Below, piece by piece: positions 29,298 to 38,412 of a DNA stretch of 64,000 nucleotides. The notes under the pieces were generated by a model, which worked only from the letters and a program-made list of their open reading frames with translations, ran no database searches and had not been told where the DNA came from. Position 1 is the stretch's first letter. Each line of letters starts with the position of its first letter. Origin of the DNA: a virus (taxonomy: Duplodnaviria > Caudoviricetes). The stretch lies in IMG/VR virus record IMGVR_UViG_3300014205_000173, one strand, 5' to 3'. The position numbers and the translations under genes are program-made.

Positions 29298-30562
29298 TAT
29301 ATCTCCAAAAATTCAAAATCAAGATTTTCTTCTTCTTCTATTGGATTGTAATTTATTACATTAAATGCATTCTTTTTATCGAGCAAACGATATGTAGTTT
29401 CACCCTCTTTAAAATTTATTATTGTAATTGGATTATAAACATTTTTTAAATTAAAAACACTATCTATTTTTATATTAAATTTATTTATCAAACTTAAAAG
29501 ATCAACAACACTACACATTGTCATATACCTAGTAGATGGAACTAATACCGATCCTCCAAGTTGATCGTATTTTGTTGGAACTATTGTTATATTTGCATCT
29601 GTTTTTGAAGTTTTCTTAAAGATTATATCATGAATAGCTAGAAAATGCTCTATCTTCCCATATTTATTATCACCACCCATGGTATTGTATTCTTCTTTTA
29701 TTTTTTCAATTACAATTTTATTTGTTACTAAAATTTTAATAGAATCTGTTTTGCAATCAATAGATGTTAGTGCATAATTTGAAACTGGAGGTTTTGTATT
29801 TTCACAAAAACATCCCAAACAAAACATTCTTGTTAAATTTTCAGCAACACATTCTATATCTGATGGTTTAAATGTATTTTTAAATTTATCATTATTTTCT
29901 AAAAACTTTTTTGCAAAATCAAACAAATGATCATTTATACACAAATCTGTTTTTTCGTTATTGTTATTGAAAAAATTTTCATAAATCCTTCTAGACTCTT
30001 GCAAATAGTTTAAAACTTCTGGCTCATCTTTGAAAAAATGTTCTAGACATATATACATTATTGGCTTTTCATCCTTAACAACAGGGAACCTTCGACAGAA
30101 ACACCTTTCCATAACCTTCATTAAATCTTGATAGTTAATGTAATGATATTTAAATTCAAATATGTCACCAAAACAATGAAGCCTAATTTCTTCGTCTTCT
30201 ATTTTTTTTACTTTTAGAGAAGAGAAAAAATCTGTTTTTTCTTCATTATACAAAAACAATAAATCTTCATTTACTTCACTATAATTTTTTACAAGATCAC
30301 TCTCAATACTATCTGGAACTTGTTTAAATAAATTTAATACATCATTACCATTATCATCTTGTCCAAAAAAATTAGAAATATTTAAATTTCCCAAAAAACA
30401 ATACCCATTAAATAATGGAGATCCTTGATTTAAATTTGGAACATCTGGGATTCTTTCACCAAATAACATTCTTCTGTTGTTTAGTTGTTTTGAAACACAA
30501 AAACAACTGTTTATATTGTTTTTTACAAATAGTCCAGTGTTGTTTTTCAAATAGTATTCCAT
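29297..30562 (-). CDS. Hypothetical protein
   Basis: 421 aa, no recognised motif. Confidence 0.5.
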   Translation of the reverse strand: MEYYLKNNTGLFVKNNINSCFCVSKQLNNRRMLFGERIPDVPNLNQGSPLFNGYCFLGNLNISNFFGQDDNGNDVLNLFKQVPDSIESDLVKNYSEVNEDLLFLYNEEKTDFFSSLKVKKIEDEEIRLHCFGDIFEFKYHYINYQDLMKVMERCFCRRFPVVKDEKPIMYICLEHFFKDEPEVLNYLQESRRIYENFFNNNNEKTDLCINDHLFDFAKKFLENNDKFKNTFKPSDIECVAENLTRMFCLGCFCENTKPPVSNYALTSIDCKTDSIKILVTNKIVIEKIKEEYNTMGGDNKYGKIEHFLAIHDIIFKKTSKTDANITIVPTKYDQLGGSVLVPSTRYMTMCSVVDLLSLINKFNIKIDSVFNLKNVYNPITIINFKEGETTYRLLDKKNAFNVINYNPIEEEENLDFEFLEI

Positions 30563-30565
30563 TAT

Positions 30566-31663
30566 TTAAAACTCCAGTTGATTAAATCTTCCATAAATTA
30601 AATCTGAATATTCTAATGAGACTATACATTCTATATCTTTTAGCGTTTCGTCTATTTCTCTGTCAGACCTGACACTTTTATTTTTTGTTAAATCTTCCTT
30701 AAGAGTATTTAAAATTTTTTGCACCTGATCATCGTTGTAAAAATTTAAAGAACTAATATTGTCTATCATATTTAAAAGTTTTTTTCTATTTGCACCACGA
30801 CTCAAACACTGATCCGGATCATTACTTAATGACTTTCTCACATCCTTAACTATCGTTAATATTGATTTTCTTATTTGACCAACAGTAGATTCAAGAAAGT
30901 TTTCAACATGTTCTTGCCTAAACGAATTTAAGTTTTCTACCAATCTTTTTTTCATTTCTTTTTCGTGATCAGAAATTTCCTTTTCATTTTCTATTTTTTT
31001 TGCCTCACAAACATCTTTTTCTATATCTGATGGCATTGGAATACAATAAAAAATAGTATTATATTTAAAAGATTCTCTAAACGAATTAGGATCTATAATC
31101 TCTTCTTCTATTTTTGAAATAAAATATTTTTCATAATCTAAATAATTTTTCCAATTAGATGTTACAACTCCATCTTCCCATATTTTTTTACAATACTTTC
31201 TATAGTGTAATATAACTTCTTTTTTTATTTCATCAAACTGATCTTTAAGGGAATCTGCTAATTCGTAGTATGATTTTTGAACGTCCTTATCCTTATCTTG
31301 CCATTCTGCAAACATAGTACATGGGACAAACCGACCCCACATTGTTTCAAAAGAAAAAGACTTCAATAAACTTCTAGCTCTATTTTCTACTACATTAATT
31401 TTAGAGTTTACTTTCTTTGGTAACAGACTTCTAGATCCTAATGATAAATAATCTTTAAAGTCTTCCCAACTAGAATCTGACTCGTCAATTCCAAGTTCTT
31501 CTGGAGAAATAGACTTAGTTCCACGCCATCTTTTGACTTCTAGTTTTACAATTATTCCTTTTTCCATCAACGGAGTGGCCCATTGAAAAACAGTAGATCT
31601 AACATCGTTTTGTGATATTCCTGTTTTTTTGGAAATTTCTTTAATTATTTTTTCTATTTCCAT
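30566..31663 (-). CDS. DUF3150-like protein
   Basis: VKLEVKRWRGTKSISPEELG...SLGSRSLLPKK...ENRARSLL...WGRFVP. Confidence 0.55.
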   Translation of the reverse strand: MEIEKIIKEISKKTGISQNDVRSTVFQWATPLMEKGIIVKLEVKRWRGTKSISPEELGIDESDSSWEDFKDYLSLGSRSLLPKKVNSKINVVENRARSLLKSFSFETMWGRFVPCTMFAEWQDKDKDVQKSYYELADSLKDQFDEIKKEVILHYRKYCKKIWEDGVVTSNWKNYLDYEKYFISKIEEEIIDPNSFRESFKYNTIFYCIPMPSDIEKDVCEAKKIENEKEISDHEKEMKKRLVENLNSFRQEHVENFLESTVGQIRKSILTIVKDVRKSLSNDPDQCLSRGANRKKLLNMIDNISSLNFYNDDQVQKILNTLKEDLTKNKSVRSDREIDETLKDIECIVSLEYSDLIYGRFNQLEF

Positions 31664-32225
31664 TTTTACTATCCTTTATATATTTAGAAAACATTTCTCT
31701 TTGAAATTTCAACATATCAACATTTCCTTCATAAATAGCAATATCTATAGCCTTTAAATATGAAGAAATTCTTCCATATTCTAAAACAGGATTTTCTACC
31801 GAAGAAAGATGCCTTTTAATACTTTTAGATGTAGAAATCCCATAGTTATAAATAGTTTTATTTTTACTTTGTTTGCTTCTTATTTCATTAGAAAATATTT
31901 CATCTAAATTTTTTTCACTTGAACAAAATTCTAAAGTATAATTTTTTTTAAAATATTCTATAGTTTCTTTAGTTGTAGAAAAATTCTTAAAAGATCTAAC
32001 AAAAGTTATTACGTCGCCTCCAAAAGAACAGCCCCAACAATAAAATGTATTATAATCCTGCCCTTTATATATTATAAAAGATGGAGATTTTTCTTCATGA
32101 AGAGGACAACAACATTTCATCCTACTATTTCCAGATCTTAATAGTTTTGCACCTGACTTTTCAACCTCATCTTCAAGTGCTACTTTTAATTTTATCTCTT
32201 CAAAAATACTTGAATAAATTGACAT
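31641..32225 (-). CDS. Stand-alone primase CHC2 zinc-binding domain protein
   Basis: CPLHEEKSPSF...FYCWGCSFGGDVITFV, followed by a helical C-terminus; no TOPRIM. Confidence 0.85.
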   Translation of the reverse strand: MSIYSSIFEEIKLKVALEDEVEKSGAKLLRSGNSRMKCCCPLHEEKSPSFIIYKGQDYNTFYCWGCSFGGDVITFVRSFKNFSTTKETIEYFKKNYTLEFCSSEKNLDEIFSNEIRSKQSKNKTIYNYGISTSKSIKRHLSSVENPVLEYGRISSYLKAIDIAIYEGNVDMLKFQREMFSKYIKDSKNGNRKNN

Positions 32226-33983
32226 TTATATATTCCTATTAACCATCCACTTTCTAATAGATTCTTTTATTTTTGAATTATAGTTATGATTAAACATTCC
32301 CTTATTTCTTGCTCTAATAAGACTTTCATTATTTCCGATAAAAATCTTCTTCACGCTAGACTCTTCTATGTTTTCAGAATAATGTTCTATTAGTTTATTT
32401 ACATTTGGTTCCTTCTTTATCTCTGGAGTTTCCAATAAAGAATTTATTGAATTTGATGGTAGGGTTAAAGAATCTATATATTCATCTAAGTTACCTAAAA
32501 GATCTGAATCTGACTTAACCTCAAGAGATTCTATAAGTTTATCACTATCTTTTGACGAATTTCCACCCAAATAAGTATTACTTTTTATATCGTCACTATC
32601 ATAAATTGCACAATAATCAAAGGCGGATCTAAGCTTAGTACTTCCGGATGGTCCATCTCTTTGTTTTACAATCTTAACCTTCATCTCAGATATATCATTA
32701 TCATTGGTAGATAATGCTATAAAATTATCACAATCTTCACCAACAAGATTTGACCCTTCAATGTTTTCAAAATCTATCTCTATTTCTCTTTTGCCTTTTA
32801 TTCTTTGAACAGAAGATCTACCAGCCTGAACAATAACAACCATTGGAATTTGATGATCTTGACCATAACCACGTATCTCTTTAGATAAATTTCCTAATGC
32901 TATATTTCTCTTTTCAGAGTCAGTGCCTAATTTAAATAAAGACAAATGGTCTAAAACAATAAGATCTGGAGTAAAGCCGGGGAGCCTTCTTTGTTTTTCG
33001 TGTATTATTTCATTCCAACTATATTTATTTGCCCTAGCTTCAATTACTTTATAGTTTACTCCAGCTTTTTTATGCCTTTCTCTTCTTTCTTTTAAGAATT
33101 TTTCTAGCTCTTCTAACCTTTCTTCCGGAATAGAGACTTTATTTCCACAAAGAATATCTGTGTATGGCAAATGTATTCCATTATAAAAAGAATCCATAAT
33201 GTTATATTTTCTAAACCACTGCTTCTCACTCATTTCCAACGAAACAACAAGAATGTTTTTTGGATCTTCTAAATTTTCAAAAATGTTTCTAGTTACATTG
33301 AGGCTAAATGTTGATTTTCCACCACCAGTTACAGCCCCAATTAATGTAAGTGTACCCTTTTCAAAGCCTATAAAAATATCATCTACCTTTTTTATTCCTG
33401 TTCTAATTCCGGTATACTTTTCCTCTCTCCTTTTCTTTATATCATTTATTTGATCTTCTATCGTATCATCTAAGTCATAAACTTGAATTAAGGATTTATC
33501 TTCTTTTAATAGATATATTTTTTCTAAATCAGTTCTTGTATTTTCTATAAACTCAATTCCCATTCCCTTTGAAAGAAATTTCTCATGGTTTTTCTTTACA
33601 ATTTCATTTATAGAAGGAACGCAAGAAACACTTATCCACTCTTTGAATATTCTACTAAACTGGTTTTCTTCTAAATTTAAACATTCAGAATCCTCATATG
33701 AAGCTAATAGTTTGCCATGCTTTTCAATAGAAATTACCTTTTCTTCTGAAAGCTTATCTATTATATTTTCAAATTCTTTTTTAACTAATAGAGCGTTATG
33801 CTCTTCATAATATTTTATTATTATTTCTACAATCTTTTTTATTTCACAATCTGTGAAAATTTCAATCCCAATGGCTGAAGAATAGAAAATTTCTTTAATA
33901 TATTCTATATCTTTTTGAATGAAAAAAAGTATTTGTTTTTCAAAATCACATATAGTATTTTTTATATTATTTGTACTTGCCAT
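32226..33983 (-). CDS. dnaB: Replicative helicase DnaB-like
   Basis: TGIKKVD, GAVTGGGKST, VSLEMS, IVLDHL, VQAGR, KQRDG. Confidence 0.9.
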   Translation of the reverse strand: MASTNNIKNTICDFEKQILFFIQKDIEYIKEIFYSSAIGIEIFTDCEIKKIVEIIIKYYEEHNALLVKKEFENIIDKLSEEKVISIEKHGKLLASYEDSECLNLEENQFSRIFKEWISVSCVPSINEIVKKNHEKFLSKGMGIEFIENTRTDLEKIYLLKEDKSLIQVYDLDDTIEDQINDIKKRREEKYTGIRTGIKKVDDIFIGFEKGTLTLIGAVTGGGKSTFSLNVTRNIFENLEDPKNILVVSLEMSEKQWFRKYNIMDSFYNGIHLPYTDILCGNKVSIPEERLEELEKFLKERRERHKKAGVNYKVIEARANKYSWNEIIHEKQRRLPGFTPDLIVLDHLSLFKLGTDSEKRNIALGNLSKEIRGYGQDHQIPMVVIVQAGRSSVQRIKGKREIEIDFENIEGSNLVGEDCDNFIALSTNDNDISEMKVKIVKQRDGPSGSTKLRSAFDYCAIYDSDDIKSNTYLGGNSSKDSDKLIESLEVKSDSDLLGNLDEYIDSLTLPSNSINSLLETPEIKKEPNVNKLIEHYSENIEESSVKKIFIGNNESLIRARNKGMFNHNYNSKIKESIRKWMVNRNI

Positions 33984-34833
33984 CTACACTCCCCATTTTA
34001 TCAGAAGAAAGTATAATTTCTTGTAGTTTGTCTGAAAAAATCAAATCTACATTTATTCTTCCATCGGTTTTCCTTTTCTTTTCGTTTATGTTTTTTATTT
34101 CTTGCAAGGCTCTAATTATGGTATCTATACTATATCTTCTTCCAGAATCAATCCATACGGTTTCGCTATTATCCAATTCTTCAGTTTTAATTGTAATTGG
34201 ATTTAAAAAGAATTGTTCATTTGTAATAGAAGAATAGACCAACGACCCATAAATTTCTTTTATTTTTAATAAAGAAATTTTAGAGGTTATTATAGTTGGT
34301 TTTCTTTCATCTTGTCTTTGTATTAGTATATTCCCAAAATAATTCTTTATTTTAGATGTAGAGTCCATATCATCAACTTCATCTATACAAAGAAATAGTG
34401 GCTCAATATATTTTTCTTCAAATATCTCTCTCTCTGTATTTAAGCTTGCAGTATTTGCTTCCATTGCAAAACGTGCAAATGGAACATAAAAAACGCTTCC
34501 AATTAAAGACTCTATTGCCGTTCTCAATATTAGTGTTGCAAGCACTGATTTACCAGAAGATCTTTTCCCTATTATAAGTAAAGATCTTCCACTTTTAGAT
34601 GCTATTTCTATGTCTTTTGCATATGAAGCACAAATTGATTTTGCCAAACTTCTTGAACTAATTATATCCTCGTCAGATATGAATCTAGAAAAATCCATAT
34701 CAGTTTTATAATCAGACCACTTAAAATCAAAATACTGCTCTGGTATTCCACTCCTACTTATTCTATATTGAACTAATTTGTCTCTTTCTTTTTTTATAAA
34801 TTCTAAAGATTGTTTTGCCCTTTCTTCTTTCAC
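33967..34833 (-). CDS. DnaC/IstB-like helicase loader ATPase
   Basis: SGIPEQY, SLLIIGKRSSGKS, LCIDEV, RKPTIITS. Confidence 0.8.
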   Translation of the reverse strand: MKEERAKQSLEFIKKERDKLVQYRISRSGIPEQYFDFKWSDYKTDMDFSRFISDEDIISSRSLAKSICASYAKDIEIASKSGRSLLIIGKRSSGKSVLATLILRTAIESLIGSVFYVPFARFAMEANTASLNTEREIFEEKYIEPLFLCIDEVDDMDSTSKIKNYFGNILIQRQDERKPTIITSKISLLKIKEIYGSLVYSSITNEQFFLNPITIKTEELDNSETVWIDSGRRYSIDTIIRALQEIKNINEKKRKTDGRINVDLIFSDKLQEIILSSDKMGSVDGKYK

Positions 34834-34843
34834 AAAAAACTCC

Positions 34844-36604
34844 TTATAGATCTAAATTTCCTATTACTCCGTCTGACTCTTCATCGTTTAGTTTTTTAAG
34901 AAGTTGTTCTTTGTCAATTAATTTTTCAGGCTCATACTTTGAAGCTCTAATAGCCCTTCCTGTTTGCCAATTTCTAATATGCTCTATTGGTTCTTTCATG
35001 GTACATGACAATGGTATTGTTTTCTTAATTGCATTTAATATGTCTTTTGTTGTTAACATTCTTTTACCATCATTAAAACAAGCAAGAACCCCACTATTAA
35101 CAGCCCCTTCAAGTTCTGCTCCGGAAAAATTATGACTATACTCAGAAAGTATGTCAAAATCTATTTCATTAATCATCTCAAGCCTTCCTTGTATTTTCAA
35201 TCTTTTGGAAACATGTATTTTTAATATTTCTTCACGTTCTTGTTTTACAGGTAAATCTACAACAAAGATTTCATCAAGTCTACCTTTTCTAAATAGCTTT
35301 GGAGGACTATCTGAAATATCATTTGCTGTAAATATATTAAAAACCAACCCTTCGTGTTCAGACATCCATGTTGAAATTAGTCCCAAAACACGACTAGAAG
35401 TACCACCATCAGAACCACTATTACTACCACCATTATTTACAAAGATGTTCTCGACCTCATCCCACCACAAAACACATGGTGATATTGAATCTGCAAGATT
35501 TAAAATATCTTTAGTCCTATTCTCTGATTCTCCCACGTACATGCCAAACATACGAGAAACGTCAATCCTTAGCCCGGGCAACTTCCATTCATTTATAATT
35601 GCTTTTGCTACAGTTGTTTTTCCAGATCCCCAAGGACCAACACACAACAATCCTTTAGGAAGATCACAACCAAAATGAATTGCCTCATCAGATAGACTTG
35701 CTTTTCTTTCTCTTAGCCAATCTTTTAAAACATCCAGTCCACCAATATCGGAAAGATTTTTATTTGGTTCAACATAATCACACGAACCTGATTTTTTTAT
35801 TATTTGCTTTTTTTCAGAAGAAATTATTCTTGGATCAAGTGTTTTTGATCTTACAACTGATTTTGTTGTCGCTTCTTCAATCTGTTTTACAGTCATTCCC
35901 TTACACGAACTAACAATATCTTGTAAGTCTTCTTTTGAAAAATTAATAGCTGCTATTGGAGGTTCAGCCTTTTCAAATCTCTTATTCATTGATGGTATAA
36001 TTTTTTCACTTAAAACCTGTTCAATGTGCAATGAATCAGGATAGGGCCAATCAACAATATAAACAAGATTTTCTAGCTCTGGAGGCAAAGCCTTACCCTG
36101 AATACCAGCATTCCTTGTTGACAACATTATTATTAATTTTCTTTCAGAGTTTGCTGTATTCTCTGAAAAAAGTCTAAGTCTACGCTGAACATTTGGTTCT
36201 CTAAAATAATGATGAAACTCAGAAAGAACATATATATGATCTAGTTGTTCGTTCGTAGTGCTTTTTTCACCAGTATATGTTGCAATAAAATCTAAAGCAG
36301 AAATAGGATCTGTCTGTCCTGCATCAACTACTTCTTGTATGGATTTTCCTTTTTTCAAATTTTGACGAAGCAAACCTCTTGCAACATCCCAAACGAATAA
36401 GTCTTTTTTAAACTTATTTCCAGATGTCCCTTCTTCACACATCTTATGAAGTATTTCTAGGATGTTTTTCTCTTTTTCGTCAGAAATTATATAAATAATA
36501 GGAGTTCTAGATCTTATTAATATTTTCAATTCTTCAGAAGCCTGATCAAACTTACTTGTTTTTACAACAGAAGTCTCAGTAGGACTATTTAATTTTTTCG
36601 ACAT
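34844..36604 (-). CDS. Ycf46-family AAA+ ATPase
   Basis: IRSRTPIIYI, LPPELE, EKKQII, IGGLDVLKDWL, GPWGSGKT, YVGESE, WWDEVE, TAND, RKGRLDEIFVVDLP, PLS. Start probably 36604. Confidence 0.85.
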   Translation of the reverse strand: MSKKLNSPTETSVVKTSKFDQASEELKILIRSRTPIIYIISDEKEKNILEILHKMCEEGTSGNKFKKDLFVWDVARGLLRQNLKKGKSIQEVVDAGQTDPISALDFIATYTGEKSTTNEQLDHIYVLSEFHHYFREPNVQRRLRLFSENTANSERKLIIMLSTRNAGIQGKALPPELENLVYIVDWPYPDSLHIEQVLSEKIIPSMNKRFEKAEPPIAAINFSKEDLQDIVSSCKGMTVKQIEEATTKSVVRSKTLDPRIISSEKKQIIKKSGSCDYVEPNKNLSDIGGLDVLKDWLRERKASLSDEAIHFGCDLPKGLLCVGPWGSGKTTVAKAIINEWKLPGLRIDVSRMFGMYVGESENRTKDILNLADSISPCVLWWDEVENIFVNNGGSNSGSDGGTSSRVLGLISTWMSEHEGLVFNIFTANDISDSPPKLFRKGRLDEIFVVDLPVKQEREEILKIHVSKRLKIQGRLEMINEIDFDILSEYSHNFSGAELEGAVNSGVLACFNDGKRMLTTKDILNAIKKTIPLSCTMKEPIEHIRNWQTGRAIRASKYEPEKLIDKEQLLKKLNDEESDGVIGNLDL

Positions 36605-36698
36605 TGTTTTTCCTATCAATATTAATTTATAACACAACTAATTAATCGCTATCAGTAGAACAGACTGCCATCAAGATAAAAGGCCAACAACTACGTTT

Positions 36699-37604
36699 TT
36701 ATGTGAAAAATTTTTTAACAGTTGGAATTGGTTTCAGGCAAGATGTATTCTCCACATTCTTCCACCAATCTTTTGAATAGAAGTTAAATTCACCCCAAAT
36801 ATTTGAAAATTCATTTCTCCAATCTAAAACGAATAATGACTGGTCCCCTTTCTTTTTAATCAACTTACTATCGAAATAAGGCTCCCATAAAATAGAATTC
36901 TTGGCTATCATCATAAGTAGTTTTTCTAACAATTCAACATCTTCTTTGTATTTTAATAATATTTCCCTAAGAACTATCTCTTGAGTAAGTTTAGCTCCCT
37001 TTTCAAAAGACAATAAGTTTTTTAAAGTTATATACTTGTGAAAAATAGGAATTCCAAAGTTAGAAAGAATTTGAATAGAGTTTAAATTACTAGAATCTAA
37101 AATCAACTGCAAATCATCTTCATCACCAGTAAAAGGAACATGGGGTATATAAATTAACGATTCTAGTTTTTCATTCTTTCTTAGTCTTCTATATTGTTTT
37201 ATATAATGCTCCATTTTACTCTTTGAGGCATCTGTCTTAAGCATCAATATAGCTAACTCTTTTTTTGCATTAAACATTGTATTAATATATTTAACTAAAA
37301 AATTAGAAAATTCAATTGCTGAATACTTCAACTCATCAAAAGCAAAGGGATATACAATACTAGACATAGTAACAGACTCAGCCTCTATCCTAGAAGGATA
37401 GTTTGGATACCTCTCTCCATAAACTTCATAATACTTTCCAGAAAAATATTGACACCAAATTCTAGAAGTATATGAAGAAATAGGTAGGTTATCACAATGC
37501 CTAACTGAACTTTTCTTTACAATATCACTAAACCCTATATTTGTTGAATCAGTATTGGTTCCAAATATACTTGAAACCTTCGCCTTTCTAATTGGTGTAG
37601 TCAT
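36699..37604 (-). CDS. Hypothetical protein, first gene of the leftward arm (possible replication initiator)
   Basis: 301 aa, GAGG RBS; leads the ATPase-loader-helicase operon. Function inferred from position only. Confidence 0.4.
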   Translation of the reverse strand: MTTPIRKAKVSSIFGTNTDSTNIGFSDIVKKSSVRHCDNLPISSYTSRIWCQYFSGKYYEVYGERYPNYPSRIEAESVTMSSIVYPFAFDELKYSAIEFSNFLVKYINTMFNAKKELAILMLKTDASKSKMEHYIKQYRRLRKNEKLESLIYIPHVPFTGDEDDLQLILDSSNLNSIQILSNFGIPIFHKYITLKNLLSFEKGAKLTQEIVLREILLKYKEDVELLEKLLMMIAKNSILWEPYFDSKLIKKKGDQSLFVLDWRNEFSNIWGEFNFYSKDWWKNVENTSCLKPIPTVKKFFT

Positions 37605-37934
37605 AAATACCTCTGAAGGAAGAATAAGATAGTCGTAAACCTATAAAGAAGAACAATCAAGTATAGGCCAAATTCTCTTAATTACTAATTATATTAATTG
37701 TTTTTATTATTAATTAACAATCCATATTCGTTCTTCACTTCGTTCATCACTCATATCAGATGTCTTCACATCTGATCAACCCTCCCCCCCCTTTCCCCCC
37801 CTCCAAAAATACGATTACTTTACACGATAACTAAAAATGAGGTTTTTGTGGTTTTTAGGCCACCTGAAATAAGTCAAACAAAACGAGCAAAAAGAATCGT
37901 ATTCAAAATAATAATTCTACTTAGGATTTTAAAA
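37605..37934. promoter_or_regulatory. Divergent control region, candidate replication origin
   Basis: Coding-strand switch; AT-rich tract 37681-37720; 9-bp palindrome 37755-37776; C8/C7 tracts 37780-37804. Confidence 0.5.
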
Positions 37935-38243
37935 ATGGCCGAAAAATCAGATATATACCCTCTCCCCTTGTTTCTAACAGCCAAGACGTGTGTTTCCTGT
38001 AAACGTCAACTAAAGATGAACGATTATGAGGAAATAGGATTTTATTACAATGGGGAACACGAAGGTAAGCTTTTTGTGAGATATAAATGTGAGAGCTGTG
38101 AAACAAAAGGTAATATAATAATTGGAGATGAAAACTTTAATTTAGAAAAATTATGTACATTTATAATAATAAATTCAAAGTTTTTAAATGAAGGTGAAAA
38201 AATATATTGGCAAGAACATTTTTTTGGAGAAGAAAATAAATGA
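37935..38243 (+). CDS. Zinc-binding hypothetical protein
   Basis: CVSC...CESC; likely start ATG 37935 with an AGGA RBS. Confidence 0.6.
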   Translation: MAEKSDIYPLPLFLTAKTCVSCKRQLKMNDYEEIGFYYNGEHEGKLFVRYKCESCETKGNIIIGDENFNLEKLCTFIIINSKFLNEGEKIYWQEHFFGEENK

Positions 38244-38410
38244 CTTTTTTTAAAAGAATAAACAAAAAAGCATCTTTACAGGAAATAGAAAAAAAAGTCG
38301 TAGATCATACTAAGAATGAGATTTTGTGTGAATGTTGTGGAGAAAAGTTGATTAAAATAAACAACACATATATTTGTACAAACAAAGAATGTAACTTAAA
38401 AGGATTGTAA
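38240..38410 (+). CDS. Small zinc-ribbon protein (56 aa, not in the ORF track)
   Basis: MTFFKRINKK...LCECCGEKLIKINNTYICTNKECNLKGL; ATGA overlap with the upstream ORF, stop 2 nt before the helicase start. Confidence 0.6.
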   Translation: MTFFKRINKKASLQEIEKKVVDHTKNEILCECCGEKLIKINNTYICTNKECNLKGL

Positions 38411-38412
38411 TT

